NCBI GenBank assembly: GCA_963820525.1
Contig: CAWGAA010000002.1
Location: 128,001 to 192,000 of the forward strand
DNA: 64,000 bases
Direction: 5' to 3'
Origin: an uncultured Spirochaetota bacterium
Lineage (GTDB): Bacteria > Spirochaetota > Spirochaetia > SZUA-6 > Fen-1364
Shown here piece after piece: positions 9,445 through 19,297 of the stretch. Made by a program: the position numbers and the translations under genes. Below the pieces are notes generated by a model. That model was given only the letters and a program-made list of their open reading frames with translations, was not told the origin of the DNA and did no database searches. Positions within the stretch are counted from its first letter, which is position 1. Each line of letters starts with the position of its first letter.

Positions 9445-10575
9445 CTACTTCATTATCCTGTACTCTCTCCCCTTCCACACCACGGGAATGCGGCGCATGA
9501 TCTTCCAGATCGAGTTCAGGGCGAAGGCAAGGGCGAAGCAGACCATGACGGGATGAAAAACGACCGAGAGGAGGCTGTGGCGCGTGCGAAGAGCCAGGGC
9601 GAGCCTTAAAAGGATGATGAGGAGGGCCTGGTTGAAGTAGGGGTTGGAGAAGCCCAGCGCCGGGTTTATGGCCAGCTGAACGAATGGGTTCAGGAAGATC
9701 CCGTAGCATGCGGCGAGTGTCAGGAGGAAAGGGACCACGGAGTAGCCGAACGCCCCGAAGGTATTCTTGGAAAACCCTTCCCAGATCGCCTTCGCGCTGT
9801 CATAGAATCGGGTAAAGAAAAGTCCTGTGCCGTCCAGGAACTCGACCTTTTTCCCCTCGGCTTTCACCAGGCGCGCAAGGTGCATGTCCTCGACGATTTC
9901 CTCCTGGAGTGCAAGGTGGCCTCCCACCTGCCGATACACATCGCTTCTGACGAGAATGAAGGTCCCGATCGCCACCGCCGCATTGCCGTTGCTGAAACGC
10001 GAAAGCAGGCCAAGCGGGAAGAAAAGGTAGAAAGCGAGATAGATCACTGGAATGATGATTTTTTCAGCCAGTGAGACGGTGCGGATGTCGGGGAGGTAGG
10101 AGACCATGTCAGCTCCCCTGACCCTGCTCTCTTCGAAGGCGCGCAGGATCGAATCTCTGCCGTGAGCCGTGTCCGCATCTGTGAATGCAAGCCAGGAGCC
10201 GGAAGCCCGAAGTGAAAGCTGGTGGCAGACCCAGTTCTTGCCGCTCCACCCGTCGGGAAGCGCTTGCGAGCGGCAGGCTTGTACTCTTCCGCCGCTTGCG
10301 GCCGCGTAGCCCTGGAGGATCTCCCAGCTCGAGTCTTCCGAATGATCGTCCATGGCTATGATCTCGAGGTTGGGATAGCTCTGGTCGAGGAGCGAATCGA
10401 GGCATCGCTTGATATTTCGCTCTTCGTTACGAACCGGGACAAGAACTGATATTTTTTGGCAATACGTCTGGTCAGGGGGTCGTATCAGCCTGGCCTTCCA
10501 CCGGAAGTAATGGAGGTTGAGAAGGAAGGCCACGGTACAGTAAAAGAGGAAGAAGTAGACCGCGAGTATCATCAT
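9445..10575 (-). CDS. Membrane-bound GT2 glycosyltransferase (CrtQ/HpnB-like)
   Basis: SVLVPVRNEE, DDHSED, GWSGKNW, FTDAD, VEDM and a C-terminal WKGREY. Confidence 0.88.
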   Translation of the reverse strand: MMILAVYFFLFYCTVAFLLNLHYFRWKARLIRPPDQTYCQKISVLVPVRNEERNIKRCLDSLLDQSYPNLEIIAMDDHSEDSSWEILQGYAAASGGRVQACRSQALPDGWSGKNWVCHQLSLRASGSWLAFTDADTAHGRDSILRAFEESRVRGADMVSYLPDIRTVSLAEKIIIPVIYLAFYLFFPLGLLSRFSNGNAAVAIGTFILVRSDVYRQVGGHLALQEEIVEDMHLARLVKAEGKKVEFLDGTGLFFTRFYDSAKAIWEGFSKNTFGAFGYSVVPFLLTLAACYGIFLNPFVQLAINPALGFSNPYFNQALLIILLRLALALRTRHSLLSVVFHPVMVCFALAFALNSIWKIMRRIPVVWKGREYRIMK

Positions 10576-10663
10576 CCACTTGCACCTCGACAGCCAAAGT
10601 ACTATGCTTGTCTATGCTAGTCAAATGCCACGGCCTGGCCGTCCGGATTACAGAGGTGCAGAG

Positions 10664-11449
10664 GTGATTCGCCGCAGGGGTTGCCGCATCATCGACAGGT
10701 CTCCGATCCATCGCATCGCTTCCCTCCCCGTTTTTTGGATGACCCTGGCTCTGGTAATCCTCTACAACCGCTTCGTGTTCCGCCTTTCGGTGGTGGGCCG
10801 CAGGAACCTTCGAGACGTGCGGGGGAAGGGGTGTTTCCTCATCTCCAATCACACCCTGTACCTGGACCCGGCGATCATCGCACACGCGATAGCGCCGCGG
10901 CGGGCGCGTTTTTCGGCGCTCCAGAAGACCTTCTCCATGCCATACGTCGGAACCCTCATCCGGCTGTTGGGCGCTTTCCCCATCCCGGAGGCGAACGGCC
11001 TGCAGAAGCTCGTTCGGCCGATACGGGAGCTGATGGACGAGGGATGGTTCGTGCACTTCTTCCCCGAGGGTGAGCTCGCGCACAGGAGCCAAAGCCCCGC
11101 CGCTTTTTCTCCCGGAGTCTTTTTCTTTTCCCAGCTTCTCGACCGGCCCATCATTCCGATCACCACGGTGCTCCTTCCCATCACCTTCTTCGGAAGGCGG
11201 CTGAGCGGCAGGTTCTTCCGGGTGAAAGCCGTTATTGGAGAGCCGATCTTCCCCGCATCCTTCAGAACAGCCGGACGGGACGTGCGGGCCGCCGTCGAAG
11301 CGATGGCGCGCTACGCGCACTCGGTTATGTGCGACTGCATCGGGCGCGAGCGCATGATGCATTTCCCCGTGACGGGAGGCGGCCTCGCGCTCCCCGGCCG
11401 GGGGAGGGATCAACCGGATTCCTCGGTGGCGAGGCCCAGCAACTGGTGA
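10664..11449 (+). CDS. Lysophospholipid (PlsC-family) acyltransferase; start uncertain
   Basis: SNHTLYLD (HX4D) and FFPEG motifs. Confidence 0.85.
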   Translation: MIRRRGCRIIDRSPIHRIASLPVFWMTLALVILYNRFVFRLSVVGRRNLRDVRGKGCFLISNHTLYLDPAIIAHAIAPRRARFSALQKTFSMPYVGTLIRLLGAFPIPEANGLQKLVRPIRELMDEGWFVHFFPEGELAHRSQSPAAFSPGVFFFSQLLDRPIIPITTVLLPITFFGRRLSGRFFRVKAVIGEPIFPASFRTAGRDVRAAVEAMARYAHSVMCDCIGRERMMHFPVTGGGLALPGRGRDQPDSSVARPSNW

Positions 11450-11642
11450 AAACGGCAGCGTGCCGGCCGTCCGGCGGGCAGCCGCGACCGGAGCTCGAGG
11501 CTTGCCGAAACAGAATTGACAGGGGTTCCGGTTGGTCGTACCATACTTGAGGGTCGGGCTTTCTTCCCCTGGCCTGTCTCATGCATCCCCCTATCTGGAG
11601 CGCCTCTCCAGGGGACGATGCGCCGGCCCAGGAGGCTTGAGT

Positions 11643-11888
11643 ATGGTCATGGATGCCCTGACGATTCAGAACGAGATCCAGAGGGTGATCAACGACGATC
11701 CGACCATTACGGAAGCCAAGCACATCTTCGTGTCGGTGGAAAAGAGGGGCTTCTGGTTCCTCGGCAAGGAGGTGGTCTTCCTGAAGGGCAGCGTGCATTC
11801 GGACTCGGACAGGACGAAGGCCGAAAAGATCGCAGCCCTCCACAGCGGCAGCCGGGAGGTGGTCGACAACATTCAAGTCGTGCACTGA
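11643..11888 (+). CDS. Single BON-domain protein
   Basis: AGGAGG RBS; VVFLKGSV...KAEKIAA...VVDNIQV. Confidence 0.8.
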   Translation: MVMDALTIQNEIQRVINDDPTITEAKHIFVSVEKRGFWFLGKEVVFLKGSVHSDSDRTKAEKIAALHSGSREVVDNIQVVH

Positions 11889-11891
11889 CTC

Positions 11892-11930
11892 TCCGCGCCG
11901 GCGTCCCGAAAGGGGAGGCCGGCGCGGGTT
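11892..11930. terminator. GC-rich hairpin after the BON gene
   Basis: CCGCGCCGGC...GCCGGCGCGG inverted repeat between convergent genes. Confidence 0.55.
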
Positions 11931-12038
11931 CGGATGTCACCTGCAGCGTTTGAGATTGTCCTTATCCGCGCGTGTCCTTGACCGCACGCGGAGCGCATTC
12001 ATATTTTTTCCCCGGGGAGGTGAACAAGATCCTCGTTT

Positions 12039-12515
12039 TCACGCAAGCCCCCCACTCGGATCGCGAGGAGTGACCCCGGAAGCTCCCGAGCCCTCGGCAA
12101 GGCTTACCAGGAGGGCATGCCAGGCCAGGGTGGCGCACTTGACCCTCACCGGAAAGCTGATCACCCCCTTGAACGCGACGAGCTCATCCAGGGAATCGAG
12201 CGTTTCAGCCGGCTTCTCGCCCCTGAGGGTATGGATGAACTTCTCGGCGAGCCCGCGCGCCTGCTCAACGCTCCTGCCGCGGACCTGCTCCGTCATGATG
12301 GAGGCCGAGGCGGTGCTGATGGCGCAGCCCTTGCCGTCGAAGCGCACCCTCTCCACGATTCCTGACGCGTCGACAACGACCTCGAGCTTCAGCGAGTCTC
12401 CGCAGGCCGGATTCTCGTGGGCCATCGTGTCTGGAATATGGTCCAGCACGGCGGCATTCCTGGGCTTTCTGTAATGGTCGAGGATGATCTCCTGGTACAG
12501 GTCTGCGAAGTCCAT
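12039..12515 (-). CDS. sufU: SUF system NifU-family sulfur-transfer protein
   Basis: LYQEIILDHY, NPACGD, GKGCAIS, PVRVKCATLAW. Confidence 0.93.
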   Translation of the reverse strand: MDFADLYQEIILDHYRKPRNAAVLDHIPDTMAHENPACGDSLKLEVVVDASGIVERVRFDGKGCAISTASASIMTEQVRGRSVEQARGLAEKFIHTLRGEKPAETLDSLDELVAFKGVISFPVRVKCATLAWHALLVSLAEGSGASGVTPRDPSGGLA

Positions 12516-13774
12516 CAGGCAAAGAACCTCCGGGTCTTCTGGAGAGCCTCCGCCAGGAGATCTACCTCCGCCGGGGTGTTGATGAAGGAGAGGCTCGCGC
12601 GGGCGGTGGCGGGAACGCCGAGCTTCCTCATGAGAGGCTGGGCGCAGTGATGGCCGGCTCTGATTGCTATCCCCTCGCGGTCCAGAAGCTGCGCCACGTC
12701 ATGGGGATGCACCCCGCTTAAGTTGAAGGAGAAGACAGCCCCGCGTTTCGGCGCCTTGCCATAGAGGGTGAGGCCTTCGATCTCTTCCAGCCGCTTGACG
12801 GCGCGGCGTGAGAGCTCCTCCTCGTAGGCGGCAACGCTCTCCATCCCCAGGCTTTCGAGGTACAAGATCGCCGCCGACAGCCCCACCGCTCCCTCGACGT
12901 TCGGCGTGCCCGCCTCGAACTTGTGGGGGGGCTCGTTCCACGTGGACTTCTGCAGCCACACGGCCTTGATCATCTCCCCGCCGCCCTGGAAGGGGGGCAT
13001 CTTTTCAAGAAGCTCTTCCCGCGCGTACAGGACGCCGATCCCCATGGGACCGCACGCCTTGTGTCCCGAGAACGCCAGGAAATCGCAGTCGAGGTCCCGC
13101 ACGTTCACCCTCATGTTGGGCACCGACTGCGCCCCATCCACCAGGATGAGCGCACCGCGCTCATGGGCCAGCCTGGCCACCTGCTTCACGTCATTGACGG
13201 TGCCCAGGACGTTTGACAGATGGGTCAGCGCCACCATCCTGATGCGATCCGTCCAGATGCGGTCGATCTCGCCCAGCTCGAGCCCCCCGTCCGGCCCGAC
13301 GGGGATGAAGCGCAGGGAGCATCCCCTCTCGGATGCGAGGAGCTGCCAGGGAACGAGGTTGGAATGGTGCTCCATCTCGGTGAGCAGGATGTCGTCTCCC
13401 GGCTTCAGGTTCTCGCGCCCCCATGAGGATGCCACCAGGTTGATCGCCTCGGTGGCCCCGCGGACGAACACGATCTCCTCCGGCTTGGCGGCGCCGATGA
13501 AACGCTGGACCGAGCGGCGGCTTCCCTCGTAGGCGGAGGTCGCCTCCTCACCCAGGGTGTGAAGAGCCCTGTGAACGTTTGCGTTCGTGTTCTCATAGTA
13601 GGATCGGATCGCGTCCAGGACCGCGCGGGGCTTCTGGGAGGTCGCCGCATTGTCCATATAGACGAGCTTTCTGTCGCCGATGAGCCTGCCGAGAATGGGG
13701 AAATCGGCGCGGATCTCCGCGACGGACCTGGCGCCGACGCGCGAGTCTTCCTGAGCTGTTACCGCGGTTCCCAT
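12515..13774 (-). CDS. sufS: SufS cysteine desulfurase
   Basis: YMDNAATSQKP, DGAQ, FSGHK, RAGHHCAQP. Confidence 0.95.
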   Translation of the reverse strand: MGTAVTAQEDSRVGARSVAEIRADFPILGRLIGDRKLVYMDNAATSQKPRAVLDAIRSYYENTNANVHRALHTLGEEATSAYEGSRRSVQRFIGAAKPEEIVFVRGATEAINLVASSWGRENLKPGDDILLTEMEHHSNLVPWQLLASERGCSLRFIPVGPDGGLELGEIDRIWTDRIRMVALTHLSNVLGTVNDVKQVARLAHERGALILVDGAQSVPNMRVNVRDLDCDFLAFSGHKACGPMGIGVLYAREELLEKMPPFQGGGEMIKAVWLQKSTWNEPPHKFEAGTPNVEGAVGLSAAILYLESLGMESVAAYEEELSRRAVKRLEEIEGLTLYGKAPKRGAVFSFNLSGVHPHDVAQLLDREGIAIRAGHHCAQPLMRKLGVPATARASLSFINTPAEVDLLAEALQKTRRFFA

Positions 13775-14070
13775 AGAAGGTAGATCCCTCCTCCCTCGAT
13801 CTTCACGGGATAGCTCTTCACCGGCTGGGTGGCGGGAAGCCCCGTCACCCCTCCCGTCTTGATGTCGAACCGCGAACCGTGCTTTGGGCAGTACACCTCT
13901 CCAGCCCAGATCTCCCCTTCGGAAAGGCGCGAATACTCGTGGGAGCAGATGTCGTCCAGCGCGTAGATCCCGTCCTCCAGGCGAAAGAGCGCCACCCTCC
14001 CGCCGTTCACGTCCACCGCCATGCTCTGGGAGAGCTCCTTCTCCTCGGCCACGCGAATCCAGGCGGCCAT
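13759..14070 (-). CDS. Rieske-type [2Fe-2S] ferredoxin
   Basis: CSH...CPKHGSRFD. Confidence 0.92.
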   Translation of the reverse strand: MAAWIRVAEEKELSQSMAVDVNGGRVALFRLEDGIYALDDICSHEYSRLSEGEIWAGEVYCPKHGSRFDIKTGGVTGLPATQPVKSYPVKIEGGGIYLLWEPR

Positions 14071-14078
14071 ACCGTTTC

Positions 14079-15455
14079 TCAGCTCCCCGGCGCGCTTGCG
14101 CCGGCCAGCCGCGCCCTGACCGCCTCCATGACGCTCGAGAGAAAAGGCTCGGGGGCGTCGGCCAGGAGATCCTCGAAGTAGCCGACCACGAGCATCTCCC
14201 GGGCTTCCTCGCGGGAAAATCCGCGGCTCATGAGGTAGAAGAGGTGCTCCTCGTCAATTCTGCCCGTTGTGGAGCCATGGCTGCATTTCACGTCATTGTT
14301 TCCGATCTTCAGGCTCGGGATGGAATCGCTCCTGGCTCCGTCGTTCAGGATGAGGTTCCTGTTGGTGAGGAAGGCATCGGTGCCCGCGGCGCCGGGGCTC
14401 ACCTCGATGAGACCCTGGAAAACGCTCCTGCCGTTGTCCTTCACGGCACCCTTGTAGTAGGCGCGGCTGCTGGCGGAGCGGGCGAGATGGCGCTGGACGG
14501 TGCGGATGTCCATCCGCTGGTGGGCGCCGCAGAAATACACCCCGTTGAGGAGGGCTTTCGCCCCGCTTCCTTCCAGCCGGCAGTCCATTCGCGTCTTGAC
14601 CAGCCCGGCGCCGAAGGCGGCGTCGAAGTGGGTGAGGGAAGCGTCCCTGGCCACGGAGGCAGAGGCGTTCCGGAAAGCGAGGCACCGGGGGCCGAGGGTC
14701 TGCGTTTCGTGGAAGCTTAAGGCCGCCCCATCGGAGAGGATGAGGGTGGAGCCCGCGTTGGCAAGGAGGTCGGCCTCGGCGCCGCTTGACGTGTGCTGGA
14801 CAACCACGGCGCGCGCCCCCTCGCCGAGCAGCACCGCGACGTGCGCGGATACCAGCCGGCGCGATCCCGATTCGTGCATCTCGATGATGAAGGGATCCTG
14901 TATCTCGACGAAGGGCGGGACGGAAAGGAAAACGCCGTGAGTCAGGCTGGAAAAGTGCCACGGGATGAAGCGGTTGTCGGCCTCTTCCACGGCGCGGGTG
15001 AAACGCGAGCGCAGGGGCTCCTCGAACTCGCCCAGCGCATCCCTGAGGCTCATGAGCCTGACGCCCTTTACCAGCCAGTCTGCGCAGAGAAAGAGCCGGG
15101 AGAGCCGGCCTGAATCGAATCGGATGATGCCCGCCGCGGTTTGAATGGGTGCGGGCTGCGTCCGGGCGGCCTCGCCGCCTATGCGCTCCGCCTCCGTTGG
15201 AGCGGCCTCGGCGGCCATGCGCGCCGCTCCCGGCTGCCCGTCCGCCTCCTGGGTCTCGTACGGGGAAAGGTCCACGCGGGAAAGATCGGTCCTTCGCCAC
15301 TCCTCTTCGGCCGGGGTAGGCCAGGCCATCGAGTCGAAGCGCTCCGATGCATAACGGCGAAGCTCCTCCATCCAGCGGGGCTCGGGGGCCGGCCCGCCTC
15401 CCGCGCCTGCCGTCGACGTTCGAGAGCTCACCACTCCCGCTGAGTCCCGTGCCAC
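14079..15455 (-). CDS. sufD: Fe-S cluster assembly protein SufD
   Basis: EEWRRTD, SIPSLKIGNNDVKCSHGSTTG, FYLMSRG. Confidence 0.92.
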   Translation of the reverse strand: MARDSAGVVSSRTSTAGAGGGPAPEPRWMEELRRYASERFDSMAWPTPAEEEWRRTDLSRVDLSPYETQEADGQPGAARMAAEAAPTEAERIGGEAARTQPAPIQTAAGIIRFDSGRLSRLFLCADWLVKGVRLMSLRDALGEFEEPLRSRFTRAVEEADNRFIPWHFSSLTHGVFLSVPPFVEIQDPFIIEMHESGSRRLVSAHVAVLLGEGARAVVVQHTSSGAEADLLANAGSTLILSDGAALSFHETQTLGPRCLAFRNASASVARDASLTHFDAAFGAGLVKTRMDCRLEGSGAKALLNGVYFCGAHQRMDIRTVQRHLARSASSRAYYKGAVKDNGRSVFQGLIEVSPGAAGTDAFLTNRNLILNDGARSDSIPSLKIGNNDVKCSHGSTTGRIDEEHLFYLMSRGFSREEAREMLVVGYFEDLLADAPEPFLSSVMEAVRARLAGASAPGS

Positions 15456-15463
15456 GCTTCCTC

Positions 15464-16867
15464 CTATCCTACGGAGCCCGACATCTCGAGCTCGATCAAT
15501 CGGTTGAGCTCCACCGCGTACTCCATGGGGAGCTGCTTTACGAGGGGATCCAGGAAACCATTGACGATCATGAGGCTGGCCTCCTGCTCGCTCATGCCCC
15601 TGCTCATGAGGTAGAACAGCTGGTCTTCACCGATCTTGCTCACCCGCGCCTCGTGCTCGATGGACACGTTGTCCGAGTTGATCTCCATGGAGGGGTAGGT
15701 GTTCGTTGCGGACAGGTCGTCCAGGATCAGGGCGTCGCAAACCACGCGGGATCGTATTCCGCGAAGGCCCTCGTTCACCTTCAGCAGGCCCCGGTAGCTG
15801 GCGATCCCCCCGCCCTTGCTGATCGACTTGGCCGTGATGAGGGACGTGGTGTGGTTGGCGGCGTGCACCGCCTTGCCCCCCGTGTCCTGCTCCTGCCCTT
15901 TTCCCGCGAAGGCGATGGAGAGCACCTCCCCATGGGCTCCTTCCCCCATGAGGTAGACCGAGGGGTACTTCATGGTCCGCTTGGAGCCGATGTTGCCGTC
16001 CACCCACTCCACCGTCGCGTCCTGGTAGGCCACGGCCCGCTTGGTCACCAGGTTGTACACGTCGGCCGACCAGTTCTGGATCGTGGTGTAGCGCACGCGC
16101 GCTCCCCGCTTGGCTACGATCTCCACCACCGCGCTGTGAAGCGAATCGGTGGCGTAGATGGGGGCCGTGCAGCCCTCGATGTAGTGCACGAAGCTGCCCT
16201 CGTCCGCGATGATGAGGGTGCGCTCGAACTGGCCGAAGTTGCGCGCGTTGATCCGGAAGTAGGCCTGAAGCGGGATGTCCACCTTCACGCCCTTGGGCAC
16301 GTAGACGAAGCTTCCCCCGGACCAGACGGCGCTGTTCAGGGCGGCGAACTTGTTGTCCATGGAGGGGATAACGGTTCCGAAGTACTCGCGCACTAAATCG
16401 GGATAGTTCCTCACCGCGGTCTCGGGATCGGAGAAGATCACTCCCTTCTTCGCCAGGTCTTCCTTGATGCTGTGGTATACCATCTCGGAGTCGTACTGGG
16501 CCCCCACGCCGGCCAGGAATTTCCGCTCGGCTTCGGGGATGCCGATGCGCTCGAAAGTTTCCTTTATATATGCGGGGACGTCTTCCCAGCTCCTCTTCTG
16601 CTCTTCGACAGGCTTGGCGTAGTAGTACAGATCGTCGAAGTCCAGGTCCGAGAGGTCGGCGCCCCAGTTGGGCATCGATTTCTTCTTGAATACCGCCAGG
16701 GCCCGCAGGCGGAAGGCAAGCATCCAGTCCGGCTCTTCCTTGTGCCGGGAGATGGCGGTCACCACCTCCTCGTCCAGGCCCTTACGAGTCTTGAAAACGG
16801 ACTGATCGGGGAACGAGAAGCCGTACCCGTATTCGCCTATGTCAACGACCGACTCTTGTGACTTCAC
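15464..16867 (-). CDS. sufB: Fe-S cluster assembly protein SufB
   Basis: [40 protein letters not shown]. Confidence 0.97.
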   Translation of the reverse strand: MKSQESVVDIGEYGYGFSFPDQSVFKTRKGLDEEVVTAISRHKEEPDWMLAFRLRALAVFKKKSMPNWGADLSDLDFDDLYYYAKPVEEQKRSWEDVPAYIKETFERIGIPEAERKFLAGVGAQYDSEMVYHSIKEDLAKKGVIFSDPETAVRNYPDLVREYFGTVIPSMDNKFAALNSAVWSGGSFVYVPKGVKVDIPLQAYFRINARNFGQFERTLIIADEGSFVHYIEGCTAPIYATDSLHSAVVEIVAKRGARVRYTTIQNWSADVYNLVTKRAVAYQDATVEWVDGNIGSKRTMKYPSVYLMGEGAHGEVLSIAFAGKGQEQDTGGKAVHAANHTTSLITAKSISKGGGIASYRGLLKVNEGLRGIRSRVVCDALILDDLSATNTYPSMEINSDNVSIEHEARVSKIGEDQLFYLMSRGMSEQEASLMIVNGFLDPLVKQLPMEYAVELNRLIELEMSGSVG

Positions 16868-17630
16868 CGGCTTCCTCCTCGATGCCGTACTGCTGGCGGA
16901 TCCAGTCGTACCCGCGGGTCTCCAGGGTTTCCACCAGGTCCTTTCCCCCCGACGTGACGATCCTTCCCTTGTACATGATATGCACGTAGTCGGGGGTGAT
17001 TCTCTGGAGGATGCGCTGGTAGTGCGTGATGATGAGGGCTCCGAAACCCTCGCCGCGCATCCTGTTGACGCCGCGCGCCACCACCTTCAGCGCGTCGATA
17101 TCGAGGCCCGAGTCCGTCTCGTCGAGGATGGCGATGGAGGGCTTGAGCATGAGCATCTGGAGGATTTCCATGCGCTTCTTTTCTCCGCCGGAGAAGCCCT
17201 GGTTCAGGTAGCGGTTGATGAAGTCGGGGTCCATGTCCATGAACGACATGGCCTCGCGAAGCTCTTTGATGTAGGCGGAGACGTTCATCGGGCCGCCGTT
17301 CTGTCGAACCTCCAGGGCGCGCTTGAGGAAGCGGCCCACGGTGATCCCCGGGATCTCCACGGGGTACTGGAAGGCGAGGAAGACCCCCCGCCGCGCCCGC
17401 TCCCCCGTATCCATGGCCAGGAGATCCTCCCCATCGAGGAGCACCTTTCCGCCGGTCACCTGATAGCCGGGATGGCCCAGGAGAACGTTCGCCAGCGTGC
17501 TCTTGCCGGACCCATTGGGGCCCATCAGGGCGTGGATCTCTCCCGTCCTGATGTCCAGGTCGAGGCCCATGAGGATCGGCTTTTCCTTCACTCTGGCCTG
17601 AAGGTCACGGATCTGGAGATGTTTTTGCAT
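16842..17630 (-). CDS. sufC: Fe-S cluster assembly ATPase SufC
   Basis: [39 protein letters not shown]. Confidence 0.97.
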   Translation of the reverse strand: MQKHLQIRDLQARVKEKPILMGLDLDIRTGEIHALMGPNGSGKSTLANVLLGHPGYQVTGGKVLLDGEDLLAMDTGERARRGVFLAFQYPVEIPGITVGRFLKRALEVRQNGGPMNVSAYIKELREAMSFMDMDPDFINRYLNQGFSGGEKKRMEILQMLMLKPSIAILDETDSGLDIDALKVVARGVNRMRGEGFGALIITHYQRILQRITPDYVHIMYKGRIVTSGGKDLVETLETRGYDWIRQQYGIEEEAGEVTRVGR

Positions 17631-17640
17631 CCTCACTCCT

Positions 17641-17943
17641 TCAGATGGGATACCCGAGGGCGACGCGCGCTTCCTCGCTCATCCGCTCGGGTCCCCACAG
17701 CGGTGTCCATACCGTCGTGGCCTTCACGTCAGCCACACCGAAGGCGTCCTGAATGACGCCGATGATCTCCCGCCTGATGATCTTCTCCGCCGGGCAGCCG
17801 GGGTAGGTGAGGGTGTAGTCGACCTCAACGGCTTCTCCCCGGCTTTCCGCCCTGTAGATCAGCCCGAGATCGACGATGTTGATCCCGATCTCCGGGTCGT
17901 CAACCTTTCGCAGGATTTCGAGAATCTCTTCACGAGACGGCAC
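17641..17943 (-). CDS. SufT/DUF59 metal-sulfur cluster assembly factor
   Basis: DPEIGINIVDLGLIY, TLTYPGCP and W.PLWGPERMS; first gene of the suf operon. Confidence 0.9.
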   Translation of the reverse strand: MPSREEILEILRKVDDPEIGINIVDLGLIYRAESRGEAVEVDYTLTYPGCPAEKIIRREIIGVIQDAFGVADVKATTVWTPLWGPERMSEEARVALGYPI

Positions 17944-17978
17944 AGTTCCTACCCCGCTATTCCACCTATAATTTGACT

Positions 17979-18002
17979 ATCCTGACTAATTTAGTCAAGT
18001 TT
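17979..18002. promoter_or_regulatory. Palindromic operator resembling an IscR type-1/Rrf2 site
   Basis: TGACTA-ATT-TAGTCA (17983-17997) in the 65-bp divergent gap between the suf operon and the flavodoxin-fold gene. Confidence 0.6.
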
Positions 18003-18008
18003 GATGTT

Positions 18009-18641
18009 ATGAAAATCGTGATAGTTCTCTGTCATCCCAGGCCGGGAAGCTTCAACCATACGCTGGCTGAGCGGGCGCGAGACCTCCTGGTCCGCCTCGG
18101 CCATTCCGTAATCTTTCATGACCTGTATGCCGATGGCTTCAATCCGGTTCTTTCAGCGCCGGAGCTTGCCCGCGGCTTTAGCCTGGACGAGGAAGTCCAG
18201 CTTCACTCCCGGCAGCTTTCCGAGTGCTCCGGGCTTCTCGTCTTCCATCCGGACTGGTGGGGGCAGCCGCCCGCGATGCTCAAGGGGTGGATCGACAGGG
18301 TGCTGCGTCCCGGGGTCGCCTACGAGTTCGAGGGCGAGGAGTTTCTGGAGAAAATCAAGGCACCCCTGCTCAGCGGGAAGAAGGGGCTCGTTTTCACCAC
18401 GAGCGACACGGCCGCAACGGCGGAAGTCCTCACCCGCCTGTGGCGCGAGGCCGTTCTGGGATACTGCGGCATGGAGGCGGAGTGCTTCGCGTATCGGGAC
18501 GCCCGCGGAGCCGATCCGTCAGGCAGGAGCGAGTGGGTGACGTTCGTGGAAAAAAAGATCGCTCAAGTGTTCCCCGCGGAGTCGGTGAAAGGCGAAAACG
18601 AGCAACCCGCGGCGCAACGGCCGCGGGTGCTCATGGGGTAG
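18009..18641 (+). CDS. Flavodoxin-fold NAD(P)H-dependent (quinone) oxidoreductase
   Basis: HPRPGSFN, DLYADGFNP, PDWWGQPPAMLKGWIDRV. Confidence 0.9.
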   Translation: MKIVIVLCHPRPGSFNHTLAERARDLLVRLGHSVIFHDLYADGFNPVLSAPELARGFSLDEEVQLHSRQLSECSGLLVFHPDWWGQPPAMLKGWIDRVLRPGVAYEFEGEEFLEKIKAPLLSGKKGLVFTTSDTAATAEVLTRLWREAVLGYCGMEAECFAYRDARGADPSGRSEWVTFVEKKIAQVFPAESVKGENEQPAAQRPRVLMG

Positions 18642-18644
18642 GGT

Positions 18645-18669
18645 CGCGTTTCGAAGAGGTCGAAACGCG
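18645..18669. terminator. Hairpin between convergent genes
   Basis: CGCGTTTCGA-AGAGG-TCGAAACGCG. Confidence 0.6.
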
Positions 18670-18671
18670 TT

Positions 18672-19286
18672 TCACTTTTTCGCTTCTTCAAAATTCATTG
18701 ATGCCTGATCCCAATTCACGATGTTCCAGAAGGCGGCGATGTATTCGGGCCTGCGGTTCTGGTATTTTAAGTAATACGCGTGCTCCCAGACATCGAGCCC
18801 CAGCACGGGCTTGATCCCCTGCATCAACGGGGCGTCCTGGTTCATCGTGGTTACGATCACAAGCTTCCGGGAACGGTCCAGGCCGAGCCAGGCCCAGCCG
18901 CTTCCAAAGTGGTTCGCGGCGGCGTTGGAAAACTGCTCTTTGAACACGTCGAAGCCGCCGAAGCTCTTCTCGATTTCGTTCAAGAGGTTCCCGGTGGGCT
19001 TGCCGCCTCCATTGGGAGACAGCACTTTCCAGAAGAGGCTGTGGTTGAAGTGTCCTCCACCGTTGTTGCGAACGGCGGTGCGAATGTCTTGGGGAAGCGT
19101 TTCGATGGCCTTGATGACCTCTTCGATGCTCTTGCCCTGGATGGCGGGGGCCTTCTCGAGAGCCGCGTTGAGCTTTGTGACATAGGCTCCGTGGTGCTTG
19201 TCGTGGTGGATTTCCATCGTCTTTGCGTCTATGTGGGGCTCGAGCGCGTCAAAAGGGTATTGCAGATCAGGGAGTGTGAACGCCAT
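18672..19286 (-). CDS. sodA: Superoxide dismutase, Mn-type signatures
   Basis: [26 protein letters not shown]. Confidence 0.92.
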   Translation of the reverse strand: MAFTLPDLQYPFDALEPHIDAKTMEIHHDKHHGAYVTKLNAALEKAPAIQGKSIEEVIKAIETLPQDIRTAVRNNGGGHFNHSLFWKVLSPNGGGKPTGNLLNEIEKSFGGFDVFKEQFSNAAANHFGSGWAWLGLDRSRKLVIVTTMNQDAPLMQGIKPVLGLDVWEHAYYLKYQNRRPEYIAAFWNIVNWDQASMNFEEAKK

Positions 19287-19297
19287 TGCATTCCTCC

